Assembly (NCBI RefSeq): GCF_964355755.1
Contig: NC_092673.1
Coordinates: 4,092,001 to 4,156,000 of the forward strand
DNA length: 64,000 nucleotides
Source: Antedon mediterranea
Taxonomy: Eukaryota; Animalia; Echinodermata
Direction of reading: 5' to 3'
In this document: positions 63,299-64,000 of the stretch, one piece after another
Layout of the letters: each line of letters begins with the position of its first letter
How positions within the stretch are numbered: the first letter of the stretch is position 1
The notes under the pieces: generated by a model
What the model was told of the DNA's origin: nothing
Seen by the model: the letters and a program-made list of their open reading frames with translations, nothing else
The model's database searches: none
Made by a program: the position numbers and the translations under genes

Positions 63299-63884
63299 AA
63301 TGTATCTGATATCTTGGTGGTATGACACCAATATGGTATGCATGCTTCCATTCTGGTTACTAGGTATGATGGTATCATTTTTAACTGCTTTAAACTTGGG
63401 TATAGACCAGTTAATAGATGCCTTAAGCAATCTCCTTCAGTGTTATCCTAGTCAAGCTAAGAAGCTAACCCAGTCAAGGAAGCTATCAACAGTCGGACCC
63501 AGCATATATTTGGATTCTAAAGAAGACTGCCTCTTGGATGCGACTGGCATCAGTGGGAGAAACGAAACTGCACTGTACTGTACTTACAGCAACTATTGTG
63601 TAGTTAACTGTAAACCATTCCATGGTTGTTAAATTATTACATAGTGTCTTTATCATACCCATTCTTAATTGTTCCCATAGTGCCCTATTTCTCATGCGAC
63701 CTTATTCTTTTTTATCAACCGTGTCTTTCGGATAGGACTTTAGGCCATAGCCCATCATATATAATTAAGTAAATATACCTATGTTTAGGAAATGACAATT
63801 TAAGTAAATCTTGAATATTCATAGATTATCCTTGCTGGCACATAACAAGAAAACCCTATCCAATATCAAAATATTAAACTACGA

Positions 63885-63990
63885 ACTAGTTGGTCAAAAA
63901 AAATGTGATGTGCCCAAATATGGTAGTGATATGATGTCATATGGGCACATCACATTTTTTTTGTCACATTAAGTTTGATAATATAGAGCT
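63885..63990. mobile_element. MITE family A copy (degenerate)
   Basis: Internal repeat and right TIR remnant. Confidence 0.7.
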
Positions 63991-64000
63991 TTATAACTGA

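Overview
AT-rich, intron-rich animal genomic DNA, probably from an invertebrate (no prokaryotic features). Three spliced protein-coding genes were reconstructed by hand, each with GT-AG junctions and consistent intron phases. (1) Minus strand, 20893 to <1, cut by the window edge: an HSPA12 (Hsp70-12)-family gene. Its Hsp70-like domain is spliced in frame behind an ~2,380-aa acidic, probably disordered N-terminal extension. Nearly all of that extension comes from one 6,573-bp phase-symmetric giant exon carrying ~10 dispersed basic/aromatic motifs (KKKK-G-F-F-x-G-x-x-[FIML]-P-x-F-G-x-K-K). This is the main candidate novelty. (2) Minus strand, 33265-23029: an ~775-aa protein with a C-terminal MIEAP/SPATA18-type domain behind an unrecognised ~380-aa N-terminal domain. 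(3) Plus strand, 39222-60361: ZFYVE28/LST2 (12 coding exons, ~1,012 aa, C-terminal FYVE finger), divergent from gene 2. Non-coding DNA contains ~17 copies of one palindromic Harbinger-like MITE, several other MITE and DNA-transposon families with readable TIRs/TSDs, a tRNA-headed Deu/Nin-type SINE and several minisatellites. Family assignments come from recalled motifs, not database searches.
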